A stretch of 64,000 nucleotides of DNA, taken from positions 31,312,001-31,376,000 of the forward strand of contig CM119371.1 of the NCBI GenBank assembly GCA_051294905.1, written 5' to 3'. The notes under the pieces are model-generated. The model searched no databases, was not told where the DNA came from, and worked only from the letters and a program-made list of their open reading frames with translations. The first letter of the stretch is position 1; the number at the start of each line of letters is the position of its first letter. This document shows positions 51,901 through 59,630 of this stretch, in pieces. A program made the translations under genes and the position numbers. The DNA is from Botryllus schlosseri (taxonomy: Eukaryota).

Positions 51901-54900
51901 GTCCGCACATGGAAATTCGTGGTATCGACACGTCGAACCTGAAGAAATATACACAGCATTGATGAAATCCCCCACCTGCGCGATCTTACGTAGTTGCATC
52001 AAATGCAAGTACGAAATGGATGCCGTACATCGGCAATGCAGCCTTAATATATTTCGAACTAATAATTTTTTGGAACGTTTGTGGTTAATTCGATCACAAG
52101 AGCAAGATGTAAACGTAAGTGGTACAGGGAAGGTGCGAACCTCCGAAAGGGTCTGGTTCATTAGAACGTGAACCTTTTTGAATGGTTCCATGTGAACGCG
52201 AACGAGAACATTAACCTATGACGTCACGTGGCGTCATATTAATTTTTCAACGCTACACTTCCGTATGGACAGTACACGATACCTAGCGGCGACTCAGACC
52301 ACATTCTGCCAAAGTACTCAAGTACATGGTGACTTTTAGTCATCACCAAATGTATCAACTACTGAAATAATAATACGATAAAATCAATATCTTCCTTCCC
52401 TTTGCCAACAATTTTGCCGAGGACTCGCAAGGCAATGTAAGCTTACGCCTGAACAATCAGGACCACACCTGACAATGTATAGGCGTCAAACTATTGCTAT
52501 TAATTGATATTGATCAGAGTGACAATCTGGTTTCTATACCGACGGATATTACGTCAAAAAAAAGTTGTACATTGCCCAACACCCCCATCGGCCGGGTTGT
52601 TGTAATTCCTGATACAATAAATATATTAAATCAAAGTAGATTCTGTACGCTTTTTCCGTTTTTTTTTTTGGTTGAACATATTATACATCAATTTCGTTGA
52701 TGTCACTAATTGATTGAATAAGCACAATTCGCTGATTAACTTTACGACGATCTGCGCTGAACTAGTATTGTTGTTTGTGATATTCATGGTGTCTTTCGAC
52801 TACATTGTTCCTAAACCAGGCCGACATTCTTTAACATGAGTCCATATTTAACAGCATGCAGAAGGCACGTTCCATTTCTAGGCTTTTTTATGACAACGCC
52901 TACGCGGATCATATGACGAGGAGGAGCAAAGATAAACCCCCAACACGTCGTATGGGATTCTCTAGACGGACTTGGAACCCCAACCTATTGGTGCTTTGGT
53001 GGATACCCCACGAAGTATGTCTCATTCTTGATGTTGTGTGATTGCGGACCAACTCCAATGCAGAGAGTAACTAAATATTCACAAGCGGGAAGATGAACAT
53101 TTTGAGAAAAGTTTTCTAACAAAGCAAATACAAATTTTGAAATTGGCCAAGTGCAGGGTAGTTTGGTGCTGAATTTCTTTTCATGCTGCAAGCGCCATAG
53201 AGAGAATTTAAAAATGCAAATAATTTGAAAAAGAATGTTGGATGAAGTGAAAAATTGTGATAGATGAAACGGGTTCCCGGTGCAGAACCTACCAGGGTTC
53301 GTTTGTGAAATCGAACATCCAAATTTCTGAGGTTCACACAAAGCTCACGTTCACACTATCCCTTGTAAGTGGTGTTCTTATGCAAATGCGTAGCACGTTA
53401 ATGAGCCGTGCTATAAGTCGAAATCTCGGTATTACTAACACATTTTCATCGTGATGTAAAATGATGATATATGTTTCAAAACCATGAATAAGAAACAACC
53501 CGCGAACGGATCCTGACTACACCCCATTCGAATTTACCCATACAACTACAAATCCCATATAAACATTGGAATCAAATAGATCTGATTCTCTTTATAAATT
53601 TTTCATAATCTCCCCGAAGTACATTACATGAATTCCAAATCATTCAAAGTGATTTATACATATGGCGAACGTCCGTTTAGAAGTCATCATATTATTATTC
53701 ATTATACGATTGCCACAAACCTGTTGGCCTACATCTTCGGTAGGGTTATATCAAGATATCGTATGTCACTCATGCATCGCGGCAATAGTAAACATATGAT
53801 CAGACTCACCATCACAAAGCTCGTTCTCTTGTGCACGCAGCTGAGATGGCAATATGCAGAGCCTCGGAGTAAATGAATCCTTCCCTCTGCGGCATACAGT
53901 CGTATCATCGCTATAGTTGGCATTGACAGTCCAATAAAGTTCATCTGATCCATCGCTGTTGAAGAAAAGCATATCATTTTCACCACCATGTGCTGTCATA
54001 GCATAGTTCGGGGTTGTACAACTCGTGGCCCGCGATCGCAAAACTTGTCGAAGGTAATATGCGTGCATACGCCGCACGCTTTCGCTTTAGTTGATCACGA
54101 TTGTTGCTGTTCTCAGCGCGCCTTTGCGGTAAAGTACGACTGAAAAGGCAATCGCGTAATTGCAAGAAAAAGTTTCTTAAAAGAAACAACTGAAAGATCA
54201 AGATCGAACATCAAGGGATAAATATTATTTCATGGGGCGAGGTGAATGTTAGGTTGGAACATCGCACTAATTCGTTTCGTCACACCGTACATAGTGCATT
54301 GTGTATTGCTTTGTCTTAGAAGGTAAAAATAATATAAACGACTATTTTATATGGTGAGATGTCGTACTTGATTTGTAACGGTTCCGAAATCGTCAGATCG
54401 TGGACCTTGCTAATACAGGAAGACATATGTACGGCCCGCCGTCTCGGTAACCTCTATCGAAACCGCTTGTCAAATAGGTTGCACAGTAGACACCCATGGT
54501 GTGGTTCAGGGGTCACCAACGCGATGCCCGCGAGCTACCGAGCCCATGAGAACCAAATTGGTCGGCCGCAGTAGCAGTAGCAAATATTCAAATGTAAGAA
54601 TTGAAAGACAAAGCGGAGAAGGGTTTCATATGAGCAGCAGTTTAACATGGGTAATTCTACCCTAAGGGGCATACGAATTCAGTTTTCGATCGGGTCGTTG
54701 CTCTACTTCGCCGACGCGGAGGTTTTAACGGGAATCTACCTAATATTCCCTATAGTCTCGACGCGGAGATTGGCGCTTCGGCGCGCAGTGCGGAAACGCA
54801 ACTGAGCCGGGAGACGCTGGTGTAAGTCCCGGTGAATGAGAGTTTCTGTTTTCGGTAAGGGATGGAAACCTGGCCCGCTGCTCTGAATGTCTAATTGAAG

Positions 54901-55285
54901 AAACCCAACTGACCACGGACAAACGGCGAGAGTAACTGGTTGCCCTGTCGCAATAATCAGTACCCGTGAAGTAGCACTTGGTTTCAAAGAGGTTGAGGAC
55001 CTCCAGTATATTTGGTAACGCTCACCTGCAATCAGTTGAGCCATCGCAATATTTCTGCATCGGAATACACCTTGCCTCGTCCGTGCACGCAAATTGGTTG
55101 TCTGGACATATCAAGCCTGTATCGAAGGTATTGTAATGCTCACCATGACAAAAATAAACAAGATTTAATTGAAGACTAACCTTCACAGCAAGTGATTAAT
55201 ACCATGGCTGCAGTTCCAATGTAAACAAGAATCATCATCCATTTTGTAGTTGAGATTTGGATCTTTTGTGCACGTGCCATTTATG
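854..55285 (-). CDS. Multi-exon gene (partial, envelope coordinates): predicted extracellular protein with 8 tandem extended LDLa-like modules
   Basis: 17 exons traced by hand, all with AG/GT boundaries and compatible phases. A exons are phase 1->2 (91 nt), B exons phase 2->1. The spliced frame has no stop. Start and stop exons not identified. Confidence 0.9.
1065..1155 (-). CDS. Module 8 exon A (LDLa): GVSCKDDEFSCFDGAKCIPIFSFCDGKPDCI
   Basis: gacag acceptor, gtagg donor, 91 nt; 71-nt intron to exon B. Confidence 0.9.
1343..2522 (-). mobile_element. Charlie/GTF2IRD2-type hAT deletion derivative
   Basis: TIRs CAGGGGTCACCAAC...GTTGGTGTCCCCTG; degenerate TSD ctatggta/ttatagta; ORF 1638..1916 (FSSTYRFESSF...KNKHRTRLTNAHL) resembles the hAT C-terminal dimerisation region. 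Confidence 0.85.
2975..3126 (-). CDS. Module 7 exon B: DGSDEPPLRNFNSSYSRYVTFCRGPWRSGKGRLVCLLPASRKPLSGILCD
   Basis: ttaag acceptor, gtgag donor, 152 nt. Confidence 0.9.
4304..4394 (-). CDS. Module 7 exon A (LDLa): GSSCETDEFLCSDGSQCIPNWMFCNGNPDCS
   Basis: tcaag acceptor, gtaag donor, 91 nt; 3 nt differences from module 6 exon A. Confidence 0.9.
4466..5258 (+). mobile_element. Non-autonomous hAT element (same family as 14393-17058)
   Basis: TIRs CAGGGCGATT...AATCGCCCTC; relic PTTVAVERSFSILGKLL near 4818-4870; absent from the paralogous site near 9205. Confidence 0.8.
5510..5670 (-). CDS. Module 6 exon B: DGSDEPPLRNSSYDYVQKSTFCRRRARYVSTDHVRSICELPPNLVSLQDDICD
   Basis: tttag acceptor, gtagg donor, 161 nt. 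Confidence 0.9.
5770..7701 (+). mobile_element. Degenerate Chapaev3-like (CMC) DNA transposon
   Basis: TIRs CACTGGTCGA/TCGACCATTG, 3-bp TSD TAA, empty site at ~3907. Relic motifs WRNP..KDCYFC, LKAVLSHN, KENYEN, YPCFMCEWDS, EGVFVGPQIR. Confidence 0.85.
8008..8966. mobile_element. TIR-bounded non-autonomous DNA element (possibly PIF/Harbinger)
   Basis: TIRs GGTGAGATGTGGTACTGATGGATC / GATCCATCGGTACCACATCTCCCC; absent from the paralogous site near 4215. Confidence 0.75.
9054..9144 (-). CDS. Module 6 exon A (LDLa): GSSCKTDEFPCSDGSQCIPNWMFCNGNPDCS
   Basis: tcaag acceptor, gtaag donor, 91 nt. Confidence 0.9.
9463..9617 (-). CDS. Module 5 exon B: DGSDEPPLKNSSYAYAPNATFCRQRDHSTVHVRSICELPSNLVTLQDDICD
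   Basis: ttcag acceptor, gtagg donor, 155 nt. Confidence 0.9.
10451..11584. mobile_element. Charlie-like hAT MITE
   Basis: TIR CAGGGGTGGGCAAACT, perfect 8-bp TSD TCTTAGAT. Confidence 0.9.
11969..12284. mobile_element. hAT MITE of the TAG(G/C)GTTACCATA family
   Basis: TIRs tagcgctaccata/tatggtaacgcta with GTCCTC subterminal repeats; inverted relative of 39726-40148. Confidence 0.7.
12369..12459 (-). CDS. Module 5 exon A (LDLa): DPTCLKTEYPCSDGSACIARGNFCNGKKDCR
   Basis: ttcag acceptor, gtatg donor, 91 nt. Confidence 0.9.
14977..16805 (-). mobile_element. hATm-like element nested in 14393-17058
   Basis: TIRs TAGGGTTATGACTA/TAGTCGTAACCCTA, perfect TSD ATGTCCAC. Minus-strand relic ICDTVASVDTGRQNGVV...PCQHHII near 16180-16300. 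Confidence 0.85.
15356..15778. mobile_element. hAT MITE nested in 14977-16805
   Basis: TIR TAGAGCCCGACCGAT, TSD atatattc/gtatattc, CCGATA subterminal repeats. Confidence 0.85.
20074..20219 (-). CDS. Module 4 exon B: DGSDELYYNHSIARSNNLTACSGRGGYYGDIKNICMVTTEAAEILRCR
   Basis: tttag acceptor, gtaaa donor, 146 nt; separated from its exon A by a ~20-kb TE-filled intron. Confidence 0.88.
20252..20518. mobile_element. hAT MITE with AAGTA repeats
   Basis: TIRs CACAGGTGGTCA/TGACCACCTCTG, perfect TSD TACGGAAT. Confidence 0.85.
21899..23518. mobile_element. CMC/EnSpm-like non-autonomous element inserted in the outer 5' LTR
   Basis: TIRs CCCAGGTAGCACGCC/GGCGTGCTAGCTGGG, 2-bp TSD TT; the 3' LTR shows the empty site. 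Confidence 0.8.
24572..25510. mobile_element. hAT MITE of the TAGGGATGGTGTGAAC family, copy 1
   Basis: TIR TAGGGATGGTGTGAAC, TSD ctccgtac/ctctgtac. Confidence 0.88.
26385..26402 (+). promoter_or_regulatory. Primer-binding site, tRNA-Leu type
   Basis: TGGTGTCAGAAGTCGGAT, 2 nt after the 5' LTR; close to the complement of a tRNA-Leu 3' end as I recall it. Confidence 0.75.
26433..27623 (+). CDS. gag: Gag of the inner Gypsy, frameshifted at the protease DTGA motif
   Basis: 396-aa ORF; coiled-coil N-terminus, W..YLQRF motif, knuckles CSRCFIDHQRRDC and CQKCGRKGHIKPAC. Confidence 0.9.
   Translation: MESGILKLLEKQQEMMAEQRAQRKEDMEQQNARHREDLAQQRAQHDEAMAKVMAGLEHQKNQHKEEMAQLTQRMSPGSSTSEATAPKFDSFVKSKEKWDHYLQRFNHHLAIYGISNMEKKRACLLSWFGPETYSLLRNMFGAADVSAQSFDALTEKLSTHFKDFIHVQAARYEFYNCKMQPGQSYADWIAALRGISKDCNFICSRDGCDQSYVDELMRDLINKVTPHADVRRHCLTQTNPSLDDVLKVAATYARTLETDRVIQGESSGKDTSIVNKMTGSYQKGKKPSKSNQGNFPERLKSCSRCFIDHQRRDCQYRHSVCQKCGRKGHIKPACMSTKPSITQQVTSVNFCSVPLLSFDIDQLYRRVGNQLWINSSINGIPLPTQWTLVHPPPWWD
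27738..30259. mobile_element. hAT-type element with GTAATC subterminal arrays, inserted in the inner protease
   Basis: TIR CAGACATGGGGT, perfect TSD GCAGGTGG. Confidence 0.9.
29263..29746 (-). mobile_element. Charlie-like MITE carrying a 28S rDNA-derived fragment (copy 1)
   Basis: TIRs CAGGGGTCACCAAC/GTTGATGATCCCTG, TSD tactggag/tactagag. Interior GACCCATGTTCAACTGCTGCTCATATGAAACC...ATATTTGCTAC is antisense LSU rRNA. Confidence 0.85.
30268..33156 (+). pseudogene. pol: pol of the inner Gypsy (PR end, RT, RNase H, integrase) with stops and frameshifts
   Basis: WAAPIV, VRICGDFK, FIDDI, YTDAC, LHEGHWG, IVTDGGPQF, SNGEAE spread across ORFs 30264-33156. Confidence 0.93.
34068..34653. mobile_element. 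hAT MITE with GACTCGAGTC arrays
   Basis: TIRs CAGGGTTGTAA/TTACAACTCTG, perfect TSD CACGGCAG. Confidence 0.9.
35895..37792. mobile_element. hAT-type element inserted in the outer RNase H
   Basis: TIRs TAGGGTAAGTTTTTGCA/TGCAAAAAAAATTGCCCTA, perfect TSD CTGATCAG. pol reads FTLVTDQ|RSVAFMF across it. Confidence 0.9.
36491..37497. mobile_element. hAT MITE with GACTTGACTCGAGTC arrays, nested in 35895-37792
   Basis: TIRs CAGTGTTGGGAT/ATCCCATCACTG, perfect TSD GGATGAGG; about three 37-bp tandem units at 37305-37437. Confidence 0.9.
39726..40148. mobile_element. hAT MITE of the TAGG(A/G)TTACCATA family
   Basis: TIRs taggattaccata/tatggtaacctta, GAGGACA repeats. Confidence 0.75.
40185..40275 (-). 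CDS. Module 4 exon A (LDLa): GSTCGYAEFACSDGSQCLSNSMFCDGIVQCN
   Basis: tatag acceptor, gtgcg donor, 91 nt. Confidence 0.88.
40605..41520. mobile_element. Charlie-like hAT MITE
   Basis: TIR CAGTGGTCGGG, perfect TSD GTGTAGAT; a related interrupted copy starts near 56867. Confidence 0.88.
42219..42391 (-). CDS. Module 3 exon B: DKSDEPPLRYSNISYDPNTKFCHGGGHDSYYRYQPPVVTWICVLEPSLEPYQNSLCF
   Basis: tttag acceptor, gtgag donor, 173 nt. Confidence 0.9.
42533..42958. mobile_element. Charlie-like hAT MITE
   Basis: TIR CAGTGGTTCCCAAC, TSD ctgtaagc/atgtaacc. Confidence 0.8.
44553..45830 (+). mobile_element. hAT-like element with a GC-rich transposase relic
   Basis: TIRs CAGGC(T/C)TGTTTATTT, TSD tgtattgc/tatattgc. 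Relic frames FRRQRNLIQ*MGSARPKFVVARLLSMKRVASWL and ATFEADISKIKWE...SLEGILQAK. Confidence 0.8.
46565..47293. mobile_element. Foldback-like element with ~205-bp inverted arms
   Basis: 46565-46768 is the reverse complement of about 47091-47293; flanked by AT on both sides. Confidence 0.8.
48021..49199 (-). mobile_element. Charlie-type hAT derivative
   Basis: TIR CAGGGGTTCTCAA, perfect TSD TCCTAGAT, minus-strand relic SLALDESTD near 48655-48682. Confidence 0.88.
50156..50246 (-). CDS. Module 3 exon A (LDLa): SPRCSKDTFACFDGSECVMNAEFCDGKADCR
   Basis: tccag acceptor, gtagg donor, 91 nt. Confidence 0.9.
50474..50550 (-). mobile_element. tRNA-derived SINE head fragment
   Basis: Minus strand TGGTAGAGCGTCC...GGTCGTTGATTCGATCCCCGGCCGGGT has A-box-like and B-box-like motifs. 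Confidence 0.6.
50668..50798 (-). CDS. Module 2 exon B: DGSDELYRDSSVSNNTDNIICRKDNRLCEVTTQFTEDKEGFCK
   Basis: ttcag acceptor, gtaag donor, 131 nt; not in the ORF track. Confidence 0.9.
51848..51938 (-). CDS. Module 2 exon A (LDLa): GSTCRYHEFPCADGSQCVPKAFFCDGIKNCQ
   Basis: ttcag acceptor, gtggg donor, 91 nt. Confidence 0.9.
52125..53364. mobile_element. Older copy 3 of the TAGGGATGGTGTGAAC MITE family
   Basis: Colinear with 25994-26139 plus 33449-34983; flanked by GTAAGTGGT on both sides. Confidence 0.78.
53810..53955 (-). CDS. Module 1 exon B: DGSDELYWTVNANYSDDTTVCRRGKDSFTPRLCILPSQLRAQENELCD
   Basis: aacag acceptor, gtgag donor, 146 nt; lies inside ORF 53766..54077. Confidence 0.9.
54507..55005 (+). 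mobile_element. Charlie-like MITE carrying a 28S rDNA-derived fragment (copy 2)
   Basis: Left TIR CAGGGGTCACCAAC, degenerate right TIR. 54571-54862 reads GTAGCAAATATTCAAA...GGAGAAGGGTTTCATATGAGCAGCAGTTTAACATGGGT...GCGGAGATTGGCGC...CAGTGCGGAAACGC, an LSU rRNA core segment. Confidence 0.85.
55026..55116 (-). CDS. Module 1 exon A (LDLa): GLICPDNQFACTDEARCIPMQKYCDGSTDCS
   Basis: tacag acceptor, gtgag donor, 91 nt, LDLa Cys1-5 spacing. Confidence 0.9.
55203..55285 (-). CDS. Upstream non-repeat Cys-rich exon INGTCTKDPNLNYKMDDDSCLHWNCSH(G)
   Basis: ccttag acceptor, gtatt donor, 83 nt, phase 2->1. An 86-nt intron joins it in frame to module 1 exon A. Three Cys and an NGT sequon. Confidence 0.65.
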
Positions 55286-57002
55286 CTAAGGAAAGGATAT
55301 TGAATACAAATAGTTGTAATGCGATGTAAGAAATTGTTGGTTTTCATATACAAAACAGTTCTCCTTACAACAACGTCGCTCGAATATTGATAAGACGTCA
55401 TACTTCGTGTACTCAATACGATTCGATGAAGGTAAATGTTAGCTGTCGCAATCGGGGTACGACTGAAAACTATCAAGATTTCAACTCTGTAGAACCTTTC
55501 CATGATAACACCATACCCAAGTTAAATAATATACTATATCCAACCGCCACGACAAAAGAGTATTGAAATTGATTTTTTTCTGTAGTTTCATATTGCGCAA
55601 TAATTTCAAATAGGCAACACTATGTCTCTCATGTCATTCTAGCTACAGTAGAAGTGTAGAAATAACAACTTCAAACGTTAATCATATCTTGATCCTCAAA
55701 CGTCAGAAGAAAATAGATACACATGATCTGTTACACTCGGAAACAGTAATGCGAATAAAATATTTAATTCCCAATGCGAATTCCAAATATATTTCGCTGA
55801 TACCTAAATAGGACGAAGAAAATCAAGAGAACGAAAACTTTTGCGCATCACACTCTGAGAGACGGGCTTCCTGAATTAATGTGGTAGTTTCCTCACGGAA
55901 ATCGAAACAAACTGATTGACGCATAGGAAATATATAGTTAGTATATACGCCAAGTTTGTACAGGTCATTGCAAAATCGACAACGCTGAGAGTAATCGATC
56001 AATGAATGAATGATCTAAAATCGATGCGTGTCGATCAGGTCAATCTGTGATGCGTAAATACGTAGTATGATTAGTGTCGGTGATACGGTTCGTTGATGAA
56101 TAGGTATACGTAATAACAAAATGCGGAAGTTGAGTAAGATTACACCGTAAATCATCGCAAATACTACTCATCTACATTAAATCCACTTCTACCAGATATT
56201 CCTGTTGACATTACTGCGTACACTACACAATATAACTCGTTCGTATAGAAATGCTTTTCTCGTATTCAATGCATGGACAAGTTGACAGTCAATTCTGTGC
56301 GGCCTCATTACAATATACCTATATAAACGTGTCATAATGTAATCCACGGCTTCTCAAATCTTTCAACACAAAACAATATCCCTTGCTAAGCCATGATGGA
56401 TATAACCGAAGGTCTATCGATTGCGCAAGTACATTTAGGTCGTTTTCAATACCCGTAATGTCATCGCTAACTTGTTATCCCCTTGCTTGCGATTGGCATA
56501 GCACGCGTGGTTATCACATAACACAAACTCCTTGCTCTTGACCAACGTTTTTCTCTTCTATTTTCTATCAGTGCGATTTATTGCCTGGAGGTCTGGAAGC
56601 CCGAGGGGCTCGTCCGCTTTTTTATGGTGGCCGCGAAGATGCTGCTTATTTCCAATTTTCTTTTTAATAATCAGTTTCACAAATATAGGCTTCAAGTAGT
56701 TTTGGGCAAAAGTGCCAAACATATTGAAAAGGCCATGAGTAATTTCGGTGTTGACTTCTCTAGTAATCGGCATAACAAATTTAGAGGTTTGTCACGCAAC
56801 ATTTTTATACCTTAGACCGAGCCATGAAATGTTGCAAACAACCGGTGTTCCAGCATTACACTATAACAGGGGTCGGGAACCTTTTTCGTCGGAAGAGCCA
56901 TCTTTCCCCGATTTTTCTATTTTAACTCCAAAAGAGCCGTAATCAACTGCTACGTCACAATTGAAGATTCAAGATGTCAGCACATATGCAAACTCCCTAC
57001 AT

Positions 57003-58525
57003 TAGGGTTACCATATTTTTGTGAAGCAAATTCCGGACACTCTTTAGCGCCCACTAGCGGATTTAAAAATGAGATATAACACATTGTCTGTCAAAATGAC
57101 GTCACACTAGCAAAGCATTGCCCAATGCCCATCGACTGCATACAGCATTGGTACGCGAAGGTCTTCCAGGTGATACTCGAGTAGATTCTGTTTTTTTTTA
57201 CCGTGGGTAGTTATTAGTTCAGGAGGAATCATGATTTTCAGTTTGGAGAATTCGCCGTCGTCGTGGTAAGGTCTTCGTCGTGGGTAGGGGCGATCCCACC
57301 AATGACGGCCTACGGAGAAGAGATTTAATCGTAAAGCATTGGAATTCTTACGTAACCAAATTCCGTTTTAATATATTTGACCACTAGAATTCCAAATGGA
57401 TCCACGCCTTAAAATGGGCAGTTTATTTTTTGTTTCGCTGCCTTCGGCAGCACAACACGGTGGGAGCATTTTGACCGCCTTCGACGTGCTTATCTTATGT
57501 AGGTGGTACGCGAGCACTGCATAAAACCTCGAAATGGTACGTGGGTGAAAAAAGGTTGGTAACCACTGGTATACATGAATGGAGTGGGACATTGGGTCAC
57601 GAATTGGGCCATCTGTAACGTGAGCTCTGGTGATTGCTACTTGGTAGGAGGATCTACAATAAATTTCTCCACGGGCCGAATGAAATCGTCTAACGGGCCG
57701 TGTCTGGCCTGTCGGCATTGTGTTTGACAGCTCTGCTATACTGTTAGGTCTGATTATGTGTTTTAATCAGGTCCGAAACAACATTTTTCTGCCCCCTTCC
57801 GCCCAAAAAAGAACTGAATTTGGGCCCACCACAGGATAGTCGATGTAACTTCTTGGGCACTTACTATATGCATTTGGCTGTTAAATTTTATGAATGAATT
57901 CTGTCAATAATATTGATTCTTCCATATATTAGGCTACTATAAAATGCACCATCAGGTTGCACATCCGATGATTTTCAACCATTTATGGTTGCGACCTCAT
58001 TTCCAACTTGAAAATATTCCGTGGCCCAGCTCAAAACTTGATAAGCTGATTACTAACAAAAAATCAGCTTGCCCAAACTTACTCACGGCCAAGGAAGTTG
58101 ATTATGTCCAACATCGTCGCGATCTCCAGATGAAGGCAAACGACCCCAAGATTCCGAACGACTGTCTGTGACTGAAGCATCTAATCGACCTTAACCAACT
58201 ATAGGAATATACCGTTAGCTTTTAACTGCGATTACAATCAGACTTATTTCAGTAAATGATAGTTATTTATATTTATTTTCATTATTTTAGGCCGGGGATT
58301 ACTGGCGCCCATAGTAATATCAAAATACGTTGCATTAACTCGCGCGTGGCGCGAAGAAGAATATTGAATAGCATAAATCGCTTGAAAATAATATTGTTTA
58401 TGTTGATTTACGAAAAACTTTTGAACCTACTTCAAGCCTTCAAAATTCCGGACATTTAGGCATATTTTCGAAATTCCTCCCGGACGCAGATTTTGCAGTG
58501 AAATTCCGGACGTATGGCAACCCTA
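57003..58525. mobile_element. hAT element (TAGGGTTACCATA) nested in a Charlie-like MITE starting near 56867
   Basis: TIRs TAGGGTTACCATA/TATGGCAACCCTA, perfect TSD CCCTACAT. Confidence 0.88.
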
Positions 58526-59630
58526 CCCTACATGGGCTTCTTCGTGTGCGCCTCATTTTCTCCGTAAAAACTCGTACTATAATCATGCTGGTAAAGTTAT
58601 TCGAGCATGTCACTTGAGTTACGAGAACGTAGCTTCATCGTGATGCTCCTATTGAATGCGAGAACCCGTGATCGCATGCTTAAGTGGAGCCAAACATGGT
58701 CTTTACGGCAGTATATGCCCAATGCAAGGTGTGGTAGATTAGTGACGTGGAGCCAGGGGAGGCAAGTGAGGCATTGCCTCACCTGTCGTCAGGTAGAGTG
58801 AACGTATATTGTGAAACCATCAATCACCATTAATATTTTCTATCGATGTTAATGAATGACTAAAATTGGGACATTTTCCGCCCACAAGGCGATTTGCATG
58901 TTTATTATTCGGAAACAAAGCCCGAAGCGAGAGGTAAGGCACAGACGGGCCAAGCCTCACCATTGACACCGCAATTCATCGTAAATAACATATTATTTAC
59001 AATTACTTATATTCACCAAATGTAACTATCGCACTGATTCTGAAAGTCTAAATACGGATCGACTTCTCAATACTCAAAGTATTCGACGGGAACGTACACT
59101 GTAAAAAATAAAAACCTCGATTTACCGCGAAATGTTTGGAAGCACGGTAGCCAGACATTTCGTGGTAATTTACCATTACCGATAGTCAATGTAAATTTAA
59201 CTGACACTCTTCCGGTAATCTCACGTTACACGCCAGACTGTAATGTTACAGTCACCTCCGGTATATCCAATCTACATTTTATCCTGTATATTTGCTACTC
59301 AGACTGTAATTTTACCGCCCACCTACATACATGCTGTCTGTGTAAATCAGGATTACATACCAGCTTGTAAATTCACGTACATCCCATACCTATCGCAAAG
59401 CAACTCGATGCTAAACTATCGCAAAAGCTGCTTCACACCCCCAAAACGACATTGGAACAAACTGTATATTCATTCATGATTCACGATGAGAAGATTATCG
59501 ATGGAAAATTATCGCTGCTGGAGGTCTAATTTTCTTTAGGAGACATGCAGTAACACGAGTGGTCTTTCCCACCATCGGCCAAACTTCCAATAAAGTTTCT
59601 TTTTCCCGTCCTCATTCATTCTGTCTAGCT

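Noticed and set aside
54571..54862. Functional rRNA gene
   Set aside because: Only about 290 bp, mutated in conserved positions and bounded by transposon ends
55286..55503. 5' part of ORF 55183..55503 as the first coding exon
   Set aside because: No convincing signal peptide, and the internal gtaag donor near 55365 gives no stop-free frame compatible with the 55203-55285 exon
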